Origin: Deltaproteobacteria bacterium
GTDB taxonomy: Bacteria; Myxococcota_A; Polyangia; Fen-1088
DNA length: 64,000 nt
NCBI GenBank assembly: GCA_033763315.1
Contig: JANRKS010000032.1
Span: forward strand, 320,001-384,000
Direction: 5' to 3'
Shown here: piece by piece, positions 10,580 through 19,194 of the stretch
How positions within the stretch are numbered: position 1 is the first letter of the stretch
Layout of the letters: every line of letters begins with the position of its first letter
Program-made: the position numbers and the translations under genes
The notes under the pieces: generated by a model
Database searches by the model: none
Told to the model about the DNA's origin: nothing
What the model saw: the letters and a program-made list of their open reading frames with translations, nothing else

Positions 10580-11737
10580 ATGTGGTCCCGCCTCGCTGCT
10601 ACCCGTCTCGCCTCTTTGGCCCATACCTTCCCCGCCGTTCTGGTTTTGGGGCCGCGCCAAGTGGGGAAGACTACGCTGGTGAGACAGACATTCCCTGACC
10701 ACCCCTACGTGGATCTTGAACGTCCGGTGCTCACGGATCTATTCGCCCAGGATCCCGAGTTTCATATCAAGGCCCGGGCCACTCCGAATCTCATATTGGA
10801 CGAGGCACAAGCGGTGCCGTCGGTGTTCGCGGCGTTGCGGGGCATTATCGACGAACAGCGAAAGCTAAACGGACGCTTTATCCTGCTGGGGTCGGCGCAG
10901 CCAATGCTTGTGCGAGGCGTTTCGGAATCGCTTGCTGGCCGTGTAGGCATTTTGGACTTGGCGCCTCTGACCGTTGCGGAAGTCTCAACCTTCGGGAACA
11001 TCGCCCCTGCGGATGTGTGGTTACGCGGCGGGTTCCCTGACGCCTTGGCCGCGGCGGATTTTCGAGTTTGGTGGGAATCGTATCTTCGCAGCTACCTCGA
11101 GCGCGATTTGCCCCAACTTGGATTGAACGTCGATCCCGTTTTTTTGCGACGTATGTTGACCATGCTGGCCCATAGCCAAGGGGGCGTGCTTAAGGTTTCA
11201 TCCCTGTGCAATTCGTTGGGCGTAAGCCGGGGCGTTGTGGAGCGATGCTTGGATGTCTTCGAGGGAACCTACATCCTGCGTCGTTTGCCGCCGTTTTTTC
11301 GTAACGTGGGAAAGCGGCTCGTAAAGGCGCCGAAGGTTTATCTTCGCGACTCGGGATTGCTGCATCACCTGCTGAACATCAGCAGCCAAAGTGAACTTGA
11401 TGCGCATCCCATCCGTGGCGCTTCATGGGAGACCTTTGTTCTCGAAGATCTGCTGCGCAGGGAACAACTGGCACATCCTTCGTCGCAAGCCTTCTTCTGG
11501 CGAACGGCCGCGGGCGCCGAAATCGATCTCGTTCTCGACCGAGGCAGCACCGTGGCGGTTGTGGAGATCAAGTCGGCCCAAGTCGGCAGTGCCCGCGACG
11601 TTCGGTTTTTGAGTGACGCCATGATCGATGTTGGCGCGAAGCAAGGATACTTTGTGGATCAAGGCCCTGATCGCTTTGCACTTGCACCACACATCGAGAG
11701 GCTGGGTTTTGAAGTGGCCAGCGCTTGGCTGCCGTGA
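10580..11737 (+). CDS. AAA_14/DUF4143-type ATP-binding protein
   Basis: GPRQVGKTT, ILDEAQ, LLGS, ESLAGR, RGGFP, KRLVKAPKVYLRDSG, EIDLV...EIK tail. Confidence 0.9.
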   Translation: MWSRLAATRLASLAHTFPAVLVLGPRQVGKTTLVRQTFPDHPYVDLERPVLTDLFAQDPEFHIKARATPNLILDEAQAVPSVFAALRGIIDEQRKLNGRFILLGSAQPMLVRGVSESLAGRVGILDLAPLTVAEVSTFGNIAPADVWLRGGFPDALAAADFRVWWESYLRSYLERDLPQLGLNVDPVFLRRMLTMLAHSQGGVLKVSSLCNSLGVSRGVVERCLDVFEGTYILRRLPPFFRNVGKRLVKAPKVYLRDSGLLHHLLNISSQSELDAHPIRGASWETFVLEDLLRREQLAHPSSQAFFWRTAAGAEIDLVLDRGSTVAVVEIKSAQVGSARDVRFLSDAMIDVGAKQGYFVDQGPDRFALAPHIERLGFEVASAWLP

Positions 11738-11764
11738 TGAGTGTTAATCCAGCCTTTTGACGGC

Positions 11765-12160
11765 CTATGTTGCTCTGGCCGCGCTGTTCTTGCGAACCCA
11801 ATCGGCCAAAGCCTCCTCGCTCAGCTCGCCTGCAGCCAGGGAGAGGATTGTTGCCGTCGCCATCGCCTGTGTGGCCGTCAGTCGATAGCCGTTGAGGTAA
11901 AGCAACAAGCCCAATGCCAAGAACGCCGCGCGTTTGTTCCCGTCCACAAAAGCATGATTTTGCGAAAGGCCACTGGCGTAAGCCGCGGCCAATTGAGCCG
12001 CATCGGGTGTGCCGTAAGACGCGAGGTTCAGAGGTCGGACAAGGGCGGAATCTAACAAACCTTCGTCGCGCAACCCACTCGCGCCTCCATGCTCAGCCAG
12101 GCTCTCATCGTGAAGGATGAGCAAGGCCTGCTTATCGATCCAGCGCCAGGAAGCCTTCAC
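11765..12160 (-). CDS. Type II TA toxin, Doc/Fic family
   Basis: HGGASGLRDEGLLDSAL and Fic motif HAFVDGNKR. Confidence 0.93.
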   Translation of the reverse strand: MKASWRWIDKQALLILHDESLAEHGGASGLRDEGLLDSALVRPLNLASYGTPDAAQLAAAYASGLSQNHAFVDGNKRAAFLALGLLLYLNGYRLTATQAMATATILSLAAGELSEEALADWVRKNSAARAT

Positions 12161-12381
12161 TTTGCGAGCACGCGGAAGGTGTCCCGAAACTCTTTCATGA
12201 ACTTTCGCCCTTCCTCCACCTGTTCTTCGAAATCAGGTTGGTAGGGAGACAACGCAATTCCCGCGGGAGTATCGGTCAGGTACAGGGTGTCACCCTTCTC
12301 AATCTTGAGCCGCGCCAACACCTCTTTGGGAAGGATCACACCTACCGAATTGCCGATCTGCGTAAGTTTGAGAGTCGTCAT
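12157..12381 (-). CDS. AbrB/MazE-type antitoxin (74 aa)
   Basis: MTTLKLTQIGNSVGVILPKEVL; 4-nt overlap with toxin; TATAAT upstream. The longer 307-aa ORF call is spurious. Confidence 0.92.
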   Translation of the reverse strand: MTTLKLTQIGNSVGVILPKEVLARLKIEKGDTLYLTDTPAGIALSPYQPDFEEQVEEGRKFMKEFRDTFRVLAK

Positions 12382-12525
12382 AACGATGTCCGCTCTTAAA
12401 TTATAACACGCGTATGAACAGAGGGAGCGAAGGCGACTGCCGCCTGGCCGTTGCCAAACTGTAAGCAGATTGCCTTCATGGGGGGTTAAGTCGGGTGACG
12501 GAGCTGCCGATGGTGGGGGGCGAGG

Positions 12526-15500
12526 GTGCAGCCAGCACACACAAAGCCACGGCGTTTCGGTGGCCGCTTTGAGACCGAATATGAGGTTGGTCACGGCGGC
12601 ATGGGGGCGGTGTACCGTGCGCGCGACTTGCAGACGGGCCAGCCGGCGGCGGTAAAGGTGTTGTTCGAGCGCGAAGGGCCAAACGCGGAGCGCTTCGTGC
12701 AAGAGGCGGTGATGTTGGCGGAGCTTTCGCATCCGGCGATCGTGCGCTACCTGGGCCACGGCGTGGCGCCCTCGGGCGAGCATTACCTGGCGATGGAATG
12801 GCTTGAAGGCCGCACGCTCGAGGATTACCTGACGGGCGGCGCTGTGCCGGTGTTGCAAGCGGTGCAATTGACGGCGCGTGTGGTGGATGCGTTGGCGGTG
12901 GCACACCGGCGCGGCGTGGTTCACCGTGACATCAAGCCGGCAAACCTGCTGCTGCCGGAATCGCGCATCTCGCACGCGAAGCTGCTGGATTTCGGCATCG
13001 CACGGCGTTTGTTCGACACGCGCCGGATCACACGTACGGGCGCCACGCTGGGCACGCCGATGTACATGTCGCCCGAGCAAGCGCGCGGCTTGACCGACGT
13101 GGACGCGCGTTCGGACGTGTTCTCGATGGGCTGCGTGTTGTTCGAGTGTTTGGCGGGGCAGCCGCCTTTCACGGGTGAAACACCGTTGGCCGTGTTGGCG
13201 AAGATCTGCTTGGAAGTGGCGCCGGACGTGCGTCGTTTCCGCCCTGAAGTGTCACCGGCGTTGGCGGCGCTTGTACGGGGCATGCTGGAAAAAGACCCGG
13301 AAAAACGCCCGGGCGACACGGCCGAACTGGCACGCATGTTGGCGGTGATGGCCGATGAATTGCGTACGGGTGTGCCCGCCAACGATGGCCACGCGGCGGA
13401 TTACAAACCACTGCCGATCGTCACACCGGGCGAACAGCGTTTGTTCTCGGTTGTGTTGGTGCAGCTGCCACGCAAGGGACCAAAGCAAAGCCCTGCCAGC
13501 CGCAGCTCTTCAAGCTTGCTGGTGGCCACCACAAACATTACAGGCGTTGTGAATCCGCCCACGCCTGTGTCGCTCAAAGCGATTCGCGGCTTGTGGCGCA
13601 AGGGCGTAAACACACCGCTGCCGCCGACGCCCGGCGCCGCCACGCCGGGCGATATGCCGGCGGTGGAGAGCGAGCAACTGCCGCCGGATCTCTACGACGA
13701 TCAAGTGATGGCGCGCGTGCGCAAATCGGCTTTGCCGTTCGGCGTGCAAGTGGATCGCTTTTACAACGGCTCATTGGCGCTCACGAATGCGAACGGCGGC
13801 AGCAGCGCGGAGCAAACCTTCGAGATGGCCCGCTGCGCGCTTGAAATGCGGCGTTTGCTTCCTATGGCGGCGTTTGCTGTGGCCACGGGCCGCGCGGATG
13901 GCGACGCGCCGATGCCAGTGGGCAAGGTGCTGGAGCGCGCGGGCCGCTTGCTGGCGGGCGCACCACCCAGCGTGATTCGCCTCGACGATCTTTCACATGA
14001 ACTGCTGGCGAGCCGCTTTGAAACATCGGCGGTGCCGGGCGCGGATCAAGCGGCACGGTTGCTGTTTGAAAAAGGTTTGCGCGAGCCGCCGCGCACGTTG
14101 TTCGGCAAACCCACGCCCTGCATCGGCCGCGATCGTGAGCTTTCGAGCCTGCAAAGCCTGTTTGCCGAAGTGCTTGACGACAGTGTCGCACGCGCCGTAA
14201 TCGTCACAGCACCGGCAGGTGGCGGTAAATCGCGCGTTCGTCACGAATTGATGGAACGCCTTTACTCACGCGGCACCAACTTCTCGCTGCTGGCGGGCCG
14301 TGGTGAATCGATGCGTGCGGGCAGCGCGTGGTCGTTGCTGGGTGGCGCGCTTCGTGCGGCGGCCGACGTCAGTGGCTATGAAACGCTAGACGTGCAGCGC
14401 CTGCGTTTTGGTGCGTACTTCGGGCGTCGCTTCACAAAGCCAGAAGATCGCCAACGCGTGGTTTCGTTCTTGGGCGAGATCGCGAACATCCGTTTTCCAG
14501 ACGACGACTTTCCGATGTTGCGTTCCACGCGCCAAGATCCGCGCGCGATGGCAGATCAAACGCGCGCGGCGTGGCTCGATTGGGTGGAAGCGGAGCTGGA
14601 TCACGCACCGGTGGTGCTGGTGTTTGAGGATCTGCACTGGGGTGACGCGGCCACGTTTGGTTTGGTGGACGCGGCCTTGCGCCTTTACGCAGAGAAGCGC
14701 TTGCTTGTGATGGGCTTTGCGCGCCCCACACTCGACGAGAAATACCCGGGCCTGTGGAATGGGCGCAACGTGGAGCGTTTGGGTTTGCCACCGCTTTCCG
14801 CGAAAAACGCGCGGCGTTTGGTGCAAGCGGCGCTGCCCACGGCGAGCGATGAACAAGCCGATGCGCTGTGCGCGCGTGCCGATGGTAACCCCTTCTTTCT
14901 TGAAGAACTCTTGCGCGCTTCGGTTGAGCGCGGCAACGACGTGGCGCAAGCGTCGCCTGCCTCGATCCTCAGCATCATTCAAGGCCGCTTCGATAGCTTA
15001 GGCGATGGCGTAAAGCGTGTGCTGCGCGCGGCCAGCGTGTTCGGCATGTCCTTCCGCCGCAGCGGCGTGGGCACGCTGATCGGCGAGTCGAACCTCAAAG
15101 ACGTTGAAGAGTATCTGGATGTGCTAGTGGCGCGCGAAATTGTGTACCGCCGCGCCTCGGGTTCGGGGCGTGAGTACATGTTCCGGCACGCGTTGGTGCG
15201 CGAGGCCGCGTACGACACGCTGACGGATCGCGATCGCAAGGTGGGGCACTTACTTGCGGGTGAATTCTTAGAGCGCCTCGGCGCTGAGAACCCAGGCGAG
15301 TTGGCAGAGCACTTCGAATGCGCCGAGGAGATGAAGCGCGCGGGCCACTGGCATTACGTGGCGGGGCAACGTGCGCTGGCGTCGGTGGAGTTAGAGAATG
15401 CGATCAAGCACTGCGAACGCGCGGTGAAGTGCGGCGTGGAGGGGGAAGAGCTGGGGTTGGTGAAGTTGTTGGAGGCGCGGGTGCAGATCTGGAGGGCCAA

Positions 15501-16572
15501 CTACGAAGATGCTCGCTTAGCCGGAGTGGAGGCGACGAAGGTGCTCGATGGCGTTGCCAACATGGAGGCTTGGGGAGAGGTAGTGGTAGCCCTCGGCCAT
15601 CTTCGATGGGACATGTTTCAGAACGAAAATGAAGAGGCATACCTCGAAGCGCTCCAGCGTCTTCAGCAACATGTATCAAAGGATTTAGGATGGGCAATTT
15701 GGGCGCGCAGTGTACTTCGCGCTTGTTCGTTTTGGGCCGCTGCGCAACAAGCTAGCGACGCACTCAACTCTTCCGGGTTGTTGGCAGAGGCATTAGCCTC
15801 CGCCGAGCCAGCTGTCTCAGCATCAGCTTCTTGCTTTCAATACTACGTCATGTGTCGCCTCCGTAGATGGGAGGAGGCGGAGCATCATTGCCATAGGGCT
15901 GTCGCTTGTTTTGAAGCCGCTGGCAACTTTCAGGAAGCGGCCTCGAATCAGCTCAATTTGGTAAGTTACTTGGCCGATCTCGCACGTTATGACAAGGCGC
16001 TTTTGTGTGCAGAAGAGTGCCTCCGAAAAGTACGCAAAAATGGAATTCCATTCCACGAGAGTCTGGCCCTCGCGAACTTAGCTGACATCTATTGGGAACT
16101 AGGTCGAGTAGATGACTCAGCGAGGGCTGCCCTGGAAGCTTGCGACCTGGCACAGCGGCACGGCATTCTCCGGGTTGCCGTTTTTGGATGGGTTGCGGCC
16201 GCGCGAGCACTTTCGGAGCAAGGGCGTCACGATGAAGCGCGGTGCCTTCTGTTAAAGGCAAAGGACGGGTCGAACGGAAGTCCGGAACTGCATGCATTTC
16301 TGAGCGCGGTTCAAGGCATGGAATATTTGGCGCAAAGTCAGTTGTTGCTCGCCGTGGCCTGTGCACATGACGCCGCTGTTGCCCTTTGTGCGGATTCTGT
16401 CCAGCAGCTATTCGTCAGGGTTGCAATCGCAACAATACAAAAGACCTGCGGCAGCCCAGCGGCCTTTGAGTCCGCAGTTGCTGAGGCGCAGAACTTTCAA
16501 TCGTTATTGTCCCCGCCGAACGACGACACGTGTCGGTGCGAGTCGTTCAAGCGGCTTAGACGGCTATTGTAG
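12526..16572 (+). CDS. Ser/Thr kinase - degenerate cyclase-like - STAND/AAA ATPase - TPR-like protein
   Basis: GHGGMGAVY, HRDIKPAN, DFG, GTPMYMSPE; [45 protein letters not shown]; helical repeats at C-terminus (ALANLADIYWELGRVDDSA). Confidence 0.92.
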   Translation: MQPAHTKPRRFGGRFETEYEVGHGGMGAVYRARDLQTGQPAAVKVLFEREGPNAERFVQEAVMLAELSHPAIVRYLGHGVAPSGEHYLAMEWLEGRTLEDYLTGGAVPVLQAVQLTARVVDALAVAHRRGVVHRDIKPANLLLPESRISHAKLLDFGIARRLFDTRRITRTGATLGTPMYMSPEQARGLTDVDARSDVFSMGCVLFECLAGQPPFTGETPLAVLAKICLEVAPDVRRFRPEVSPALAALVRGMLEKDPEKRPGDTAELARMLAVMADELRTGVPANDGHAADYKPLPIVTPGEQRLFSVVLVQLPRKGPKQSPASRSSSSLLVATTNITGVVNPPTPVSLKAIRGLWRKGVNTPLPPTPGAATPGDMPAVESEQLPPDLYDDQVMARVRKSALPFGVQVDRFYNGSLALTNANGGSSAEQTFEMARCALEMRRLLPMAAFAVATGRADGDAPMPVGKVLERAGRLLAGAPPSVIRLDDLSHELLASRFETSAVPGADQAARLLFEKGLREPPRTLFGKPTPCIGRDRELSSLQSLFAEVLDDSVARAVIVTAPAGGGKSRVRHELMERLYSRGTNFSLLAGRGESMRAGSAWSLLGGALRAAADVSGYETLDVQRLRFGAYFGRRFTKPEDRQRVVSFLGEIANIRFPDDDFPMLRSTRQDPRAMADQTRAAWLDWVEAELDHAPVVLVFEDLHWGDAATFGLVDAALRLYAEKRLLVMGFARPTLDEKYPGLWNGRNVERLGLPPLSAKNARRLVQAALPTASDEQADALCARADGNPFFLEELLRASVERGNDVAQASPASILSIIQGRFDSLGDGVKRVLRAASVFGMSFRRSGVGTLIGESNLKDVEEYLDVLVAREIVYRRASGSGREYMFRHALVREAAYDTLTDRDRKVGHLLAGEFLERLGAENPGELAEHFECAEEMKRAGHWHYVAGQRALASVELENAIKHCERAVKCGVEGEELGLVKLLEARVQIWRANYEDARLAGVEATKVLDGVANMEAWGEVVVALGHLRWDMFQNENEEAYLEALQRLQQHVSKDLGWAIWARSVLRACSFWAAAQQASDALNSSGLLAEALASAEPAVSASASCFQYYVMCRLRRWEEAEHHCHRAVACFEAAGNFQEAASNQLNLVSYLADLARYDKALLCAEECLRKVRKNGIPFHESLALANLADIYWELGRVDDSARAALEACDLAQRHGILRVAVFGWVAAARALSEQGRHDEARCLLLKAKDGSNGSPELHAFLSAVQGMEYLAQSQLLLAVACAHDAAVALCADSVQQLFVRVAIATIQKTCGSPAAFESAVAEAQNFQSLLSPPNDDTCRCESFKRLRRLL

Positions 16573-16685
16573 GCTCGGTTAAGTACGAGCGCGCTGCCAC
16601 AATCCCTGGCCAGGCGGCGAGGACAAGCCCATCGCGTGGGCCAAAGGGCCCCGCAAAACCTACGCCCGTGCCATACGTCACTTGT

Positions 16686-16708
16686 TTGACCATCGTCAAT
16701 TTTTTGAC
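16686..16708. promoter_or_regulatory. Triple half-site operator candidate TTGAC-N4-GTCAA-N4-TTGAC
   Basis: Two overlapping inverted repeats 85-107 nt upstream of the small ORF. Confidence 0.5.
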
Positions 16709-16792
16709 TTGCCAAAGTAGGCCAACGGATGGTCTGATAACGGCACTCGGGTTCTAACCAAACCTGAACCAATCACCCAACCAGGAGTGGCC

Positions 16793-16867
16793 ATGAAAAT
16801 TAAGAGTAAGTCCGGCGTACGAGCTGGCGGATTAACGTCAAGCAATCACAACCGTACCCTTTTGTAG
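16793..16867 (+). CDS. 24-aa peptide MKIKSKSGVRAGGLTSSNHNRTLL (putative signal or RiPP-like precursor)
   Basis: AGGAG RBS 16783-16787, ATG 16793, TAG 16865-16867, terminator 19 nt downstream; below the ORF-track cutoff. Confidence 0.75.
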   Translation: MKIKSKSGVRAGGLTSSNHNRTLL

Positions 16868-16886
16868 TTCCTAGGCAGCTGGTGGG

Positions 16887-16912
16887 AGGCCCCTACGGGG
16901 GCCTTTTTCTTG
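16887..16912 (+). terminator. Intrinsic terminator after the peptide gene
   Basis: AGGCCCC-TACG-GGGGCCT stem with UNCG tetraloop, then TTTTCTT. Confidence 0.85.
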
Positions 16913-17025
16913 TTTCCTTAGCTGTAGGCAAATGGGTGCACAGGTGCGTCACGCAGTGTGAACACCTGCCCGCCGCTTTATGGTTCCCCGCTGCCGTCTG
17001 CAGATCTCAGCGGCCCTAGAAGATT

Positions 17026-17704
17026 TCACTTTTTTGCGCTTCTGGCACCTAACCACGAGTCGGTGTCGCCTCCAATGTCGAAAGCGCGCGCGAAAATGCC
17101 ATCGATGTCCATCACCGCGCCAGCCTGCAGGGTGAGTCGCTCACCGGCCCCCGCTGAGCGGTACGTCCAAGTGCCTCCGTCATCCCGCCCGAAGTGCTCG
17201 ATTCTGGCCTCGGTTTGCGACACCAGGACGTAGTCGCGAAGAGACGCAAGGCGCTGGTAGCCGTCCGACTTGAGGCCACGATCGTACGATTCCGTGGATG
17301 CCGACAGCACTTCCACGATTACCTGAGGGTTCACAAGCACGTCGTTGGTGCCGGTCTCTAATTCGGGCGGGCCGCAAACGACGCTAAGGTCGGGATAGAC
17401 GTACCGTTCACCCGCCAGCGCCACCTTCTGGTTGGAAGAAGACGAAACAGCCCTTGTCGTCCAGCGCCGCACTTAGCGCCGCGCTCACTCGGGCGGTAAG
17501 CAAATTGTGGCGAGGGGTTCCGCCGGCCATCGCGAACACTCCGCCGCGGAAATACTCGTGACGCCCGGACCGGGACCGCTCCCAATCTAGGTATTGAGCA
17601 GGCGCGAATTCTGACTTTTCCACGAGGCGCGTCCCGAACGAAAGGTACCACAAGGGTCTTCTGCCGATTCGGGACGTTGGTGCCGGATCCTCAGCTAGGT
17701 TCAA
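17026..17704 (-). pseudogene. Uma2/DUF820-family endonuclease, frameshifted near 17440
   Basis: N-half YLDWER..RHEYFRGGVFAMAGGTPRHN and C-half YPDLSVVC..IVEVLSASTESYDRGLK..YVLVSQ lie in different frames; start uncertain. Confidence 0.8.
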
Positions 17705-17771
17705 AACATCGCCCGCGCGTCAATTCATGCTTGAGCGGTGCCTTGAACCGACCTAACTAGATACCTCGCCC

Positions 17772-19190
17772 ATGAGCATGCCTGACGCCACTGATGCCGC
17801 ATTGTCTGCCTCCACGGAAGTGGGCGGGGGCGCGGCTACGAGCGCCGCCACCGCGGTGCTGGTACCGGCTGGCAATGCGGCCTTGGGGGGGCGAACGCGC
17901 TCTGAACTAGGGGCGGCGCCGCCGTTCAGCGTGGGTAGCCAAGGGGTGCTTTTCGGGCGGAAACCGCATGGGCACGCGCCGCATGTGTTTGCGCTTTCGC
18001 ATCCGCAGGCTTCGGGCCAGCACGCATGGATTCGTTCTGTGGAAGGTTTCTGGCTGGCTGACAACAACAGCACCAACGGTACGTTTCTCAACGGCCGGAG
18101 GTTGTCGGCTCCCGCGCCTTTGCGCGACGGCGATTGGATCTATGCGGGCGGCGAGGCGTTTGTGTTTCGCTGGGCCAACCCGCAGGAGCTTGAGGCCATT
18201 GATGGCGAGCTGTTGCAGCCGTTTGGTCCGGTGCCCACGCGGCAACCGCGGTTCGCACGTCTGTTGCGTCGTTTGCGCTTTTTGGCGGAGACCACAAGCG
18301 AGCTGCTGTTGGTGGGCGAAACGGGGGTGGGCAAGGAAGTGTATGCGCGCGCGGTTCACGAATACAGCCAACGCAAAGGCGCATTCGTTGCCATCAATTG
18401 CGCGGCCATTCCTGCTGAATTGGTGGAAAGCGAACTGTTCGGCTTCATGCGCGGCGCGCACTCGCAGGCGAAAGAGGGCAAGGCCGGTGTGATCGCCGAA
18501 GCCCATGGCGGCACGTTGCTGTTGGATGAAATTGGCGACATGCCCGCCACCGCGCAAGCCAAGCTGCTGCGGTTCGTGCAAACCAAAGAGGTTTGGCCTT
18601 TGGGCGCCACCAGTGCACGCAAAGTGGACGTGCGCATCATTGGCGCCACCAGCCACTTGCTTGCCCAAACAGGTGCCCCCGGTGTGCGAGAAGAATTGAT
18701 GGCACGCCTTGGCGCCAACCCGCCTGTGTTGCCACCCTTGTGTGATCGTCGCGAAGACATCGGCGAATTGATCGCCCACTTCATGGGAAAGGCAGTCAAG
18801 CCCATCGACGCCGCTGCCTTTCTGGCCTTGATGACATACCCCTGGCCCCGCAACGTGCGCGAGCTTGAGGCCGTGATCAAAGAGGCATTGGTGTTCAGCA
18901 AAGGCGAAGCCACTGTGACGCGTGAACATCTGCCACCCTTTGTCACGCAAGCGACACCACCCACAGCTCCACAAACTGTGGCACCTCCGCCGCAGATGCG
19001 CCCCGTGGCGCCCACCGAAGAAGTACGCCGCGTGCCTCGCGCAATGCCTTCAAGAGAAGAGCTAGAGGCTTTGCTGGAGCAATACCGCGGCAACGTGAAT
19101 CACGTGGCCCGCAAGCTAGAGCGCGAGTGGAAGGTTGTGAAACGCGCGGTAGATCGATACGGAATCGATCTCACTCGGTTTCGCACGTGA
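17772..19190 (+). CDS. FHA-domain sigma54-type enhancer-binding protein (FHA-AAA-HTH)
   Basis: FHA motifs FGR, SGQHA, DNNSTNGTFLNG; GETGVGKE, AINCAAIP, ESELFG, LLLDEIG, WPRNVREL; C-terminal Fis-like HTH. Confidence 0.93.
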   Translation: MSMPDATDAALSASTEVGGGAATSAATAVLVPAGNAALGGRTRSELGAAPPFSVGSQGVLFGRKPHGHAPHVFALSHPQASGQHAWIRSVEGFWLADNNSTNGTFLNGRRLSAPAPLRDGDWIYAGGEAFVFRWANPQELEAIDGELLQPFGPVPTRQPRFARLLRRLRFLAETTSELLLVGETGVGKEVYARAVHEYSQRKGAFVAINCAAIPAELVESELFGFMRGAHSQAKEGKAGVIAEAHGGTLLLDEIGDMPATAQAKLLRFVQTKEVWPLGATSARKVDVRIIGATSHLLAQTGAPGVREELMARLGANPPVLPPLCDRREDIGELIAHFMGKAVKPIDAAAFLALMTYPWPRNVRELEAVIKEALVFSKGEATVTREHLPPFVTQATPPTAPQTVAPPPQMRPVAPTEEVRRVPRAMPSREELEALLEQYRGNVNHVARKLEREWKVVKRAVDRYGIDLTRFRT

Positions 19191-19194
19191 CGTT

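Noticed and set aside
12382-13080. N-terminal extension of the 307-aa ORF 12157..13080
   Set aside because: Antisense shadow of the kinase gene; only the last 74 aa form the AbrB antitoxin
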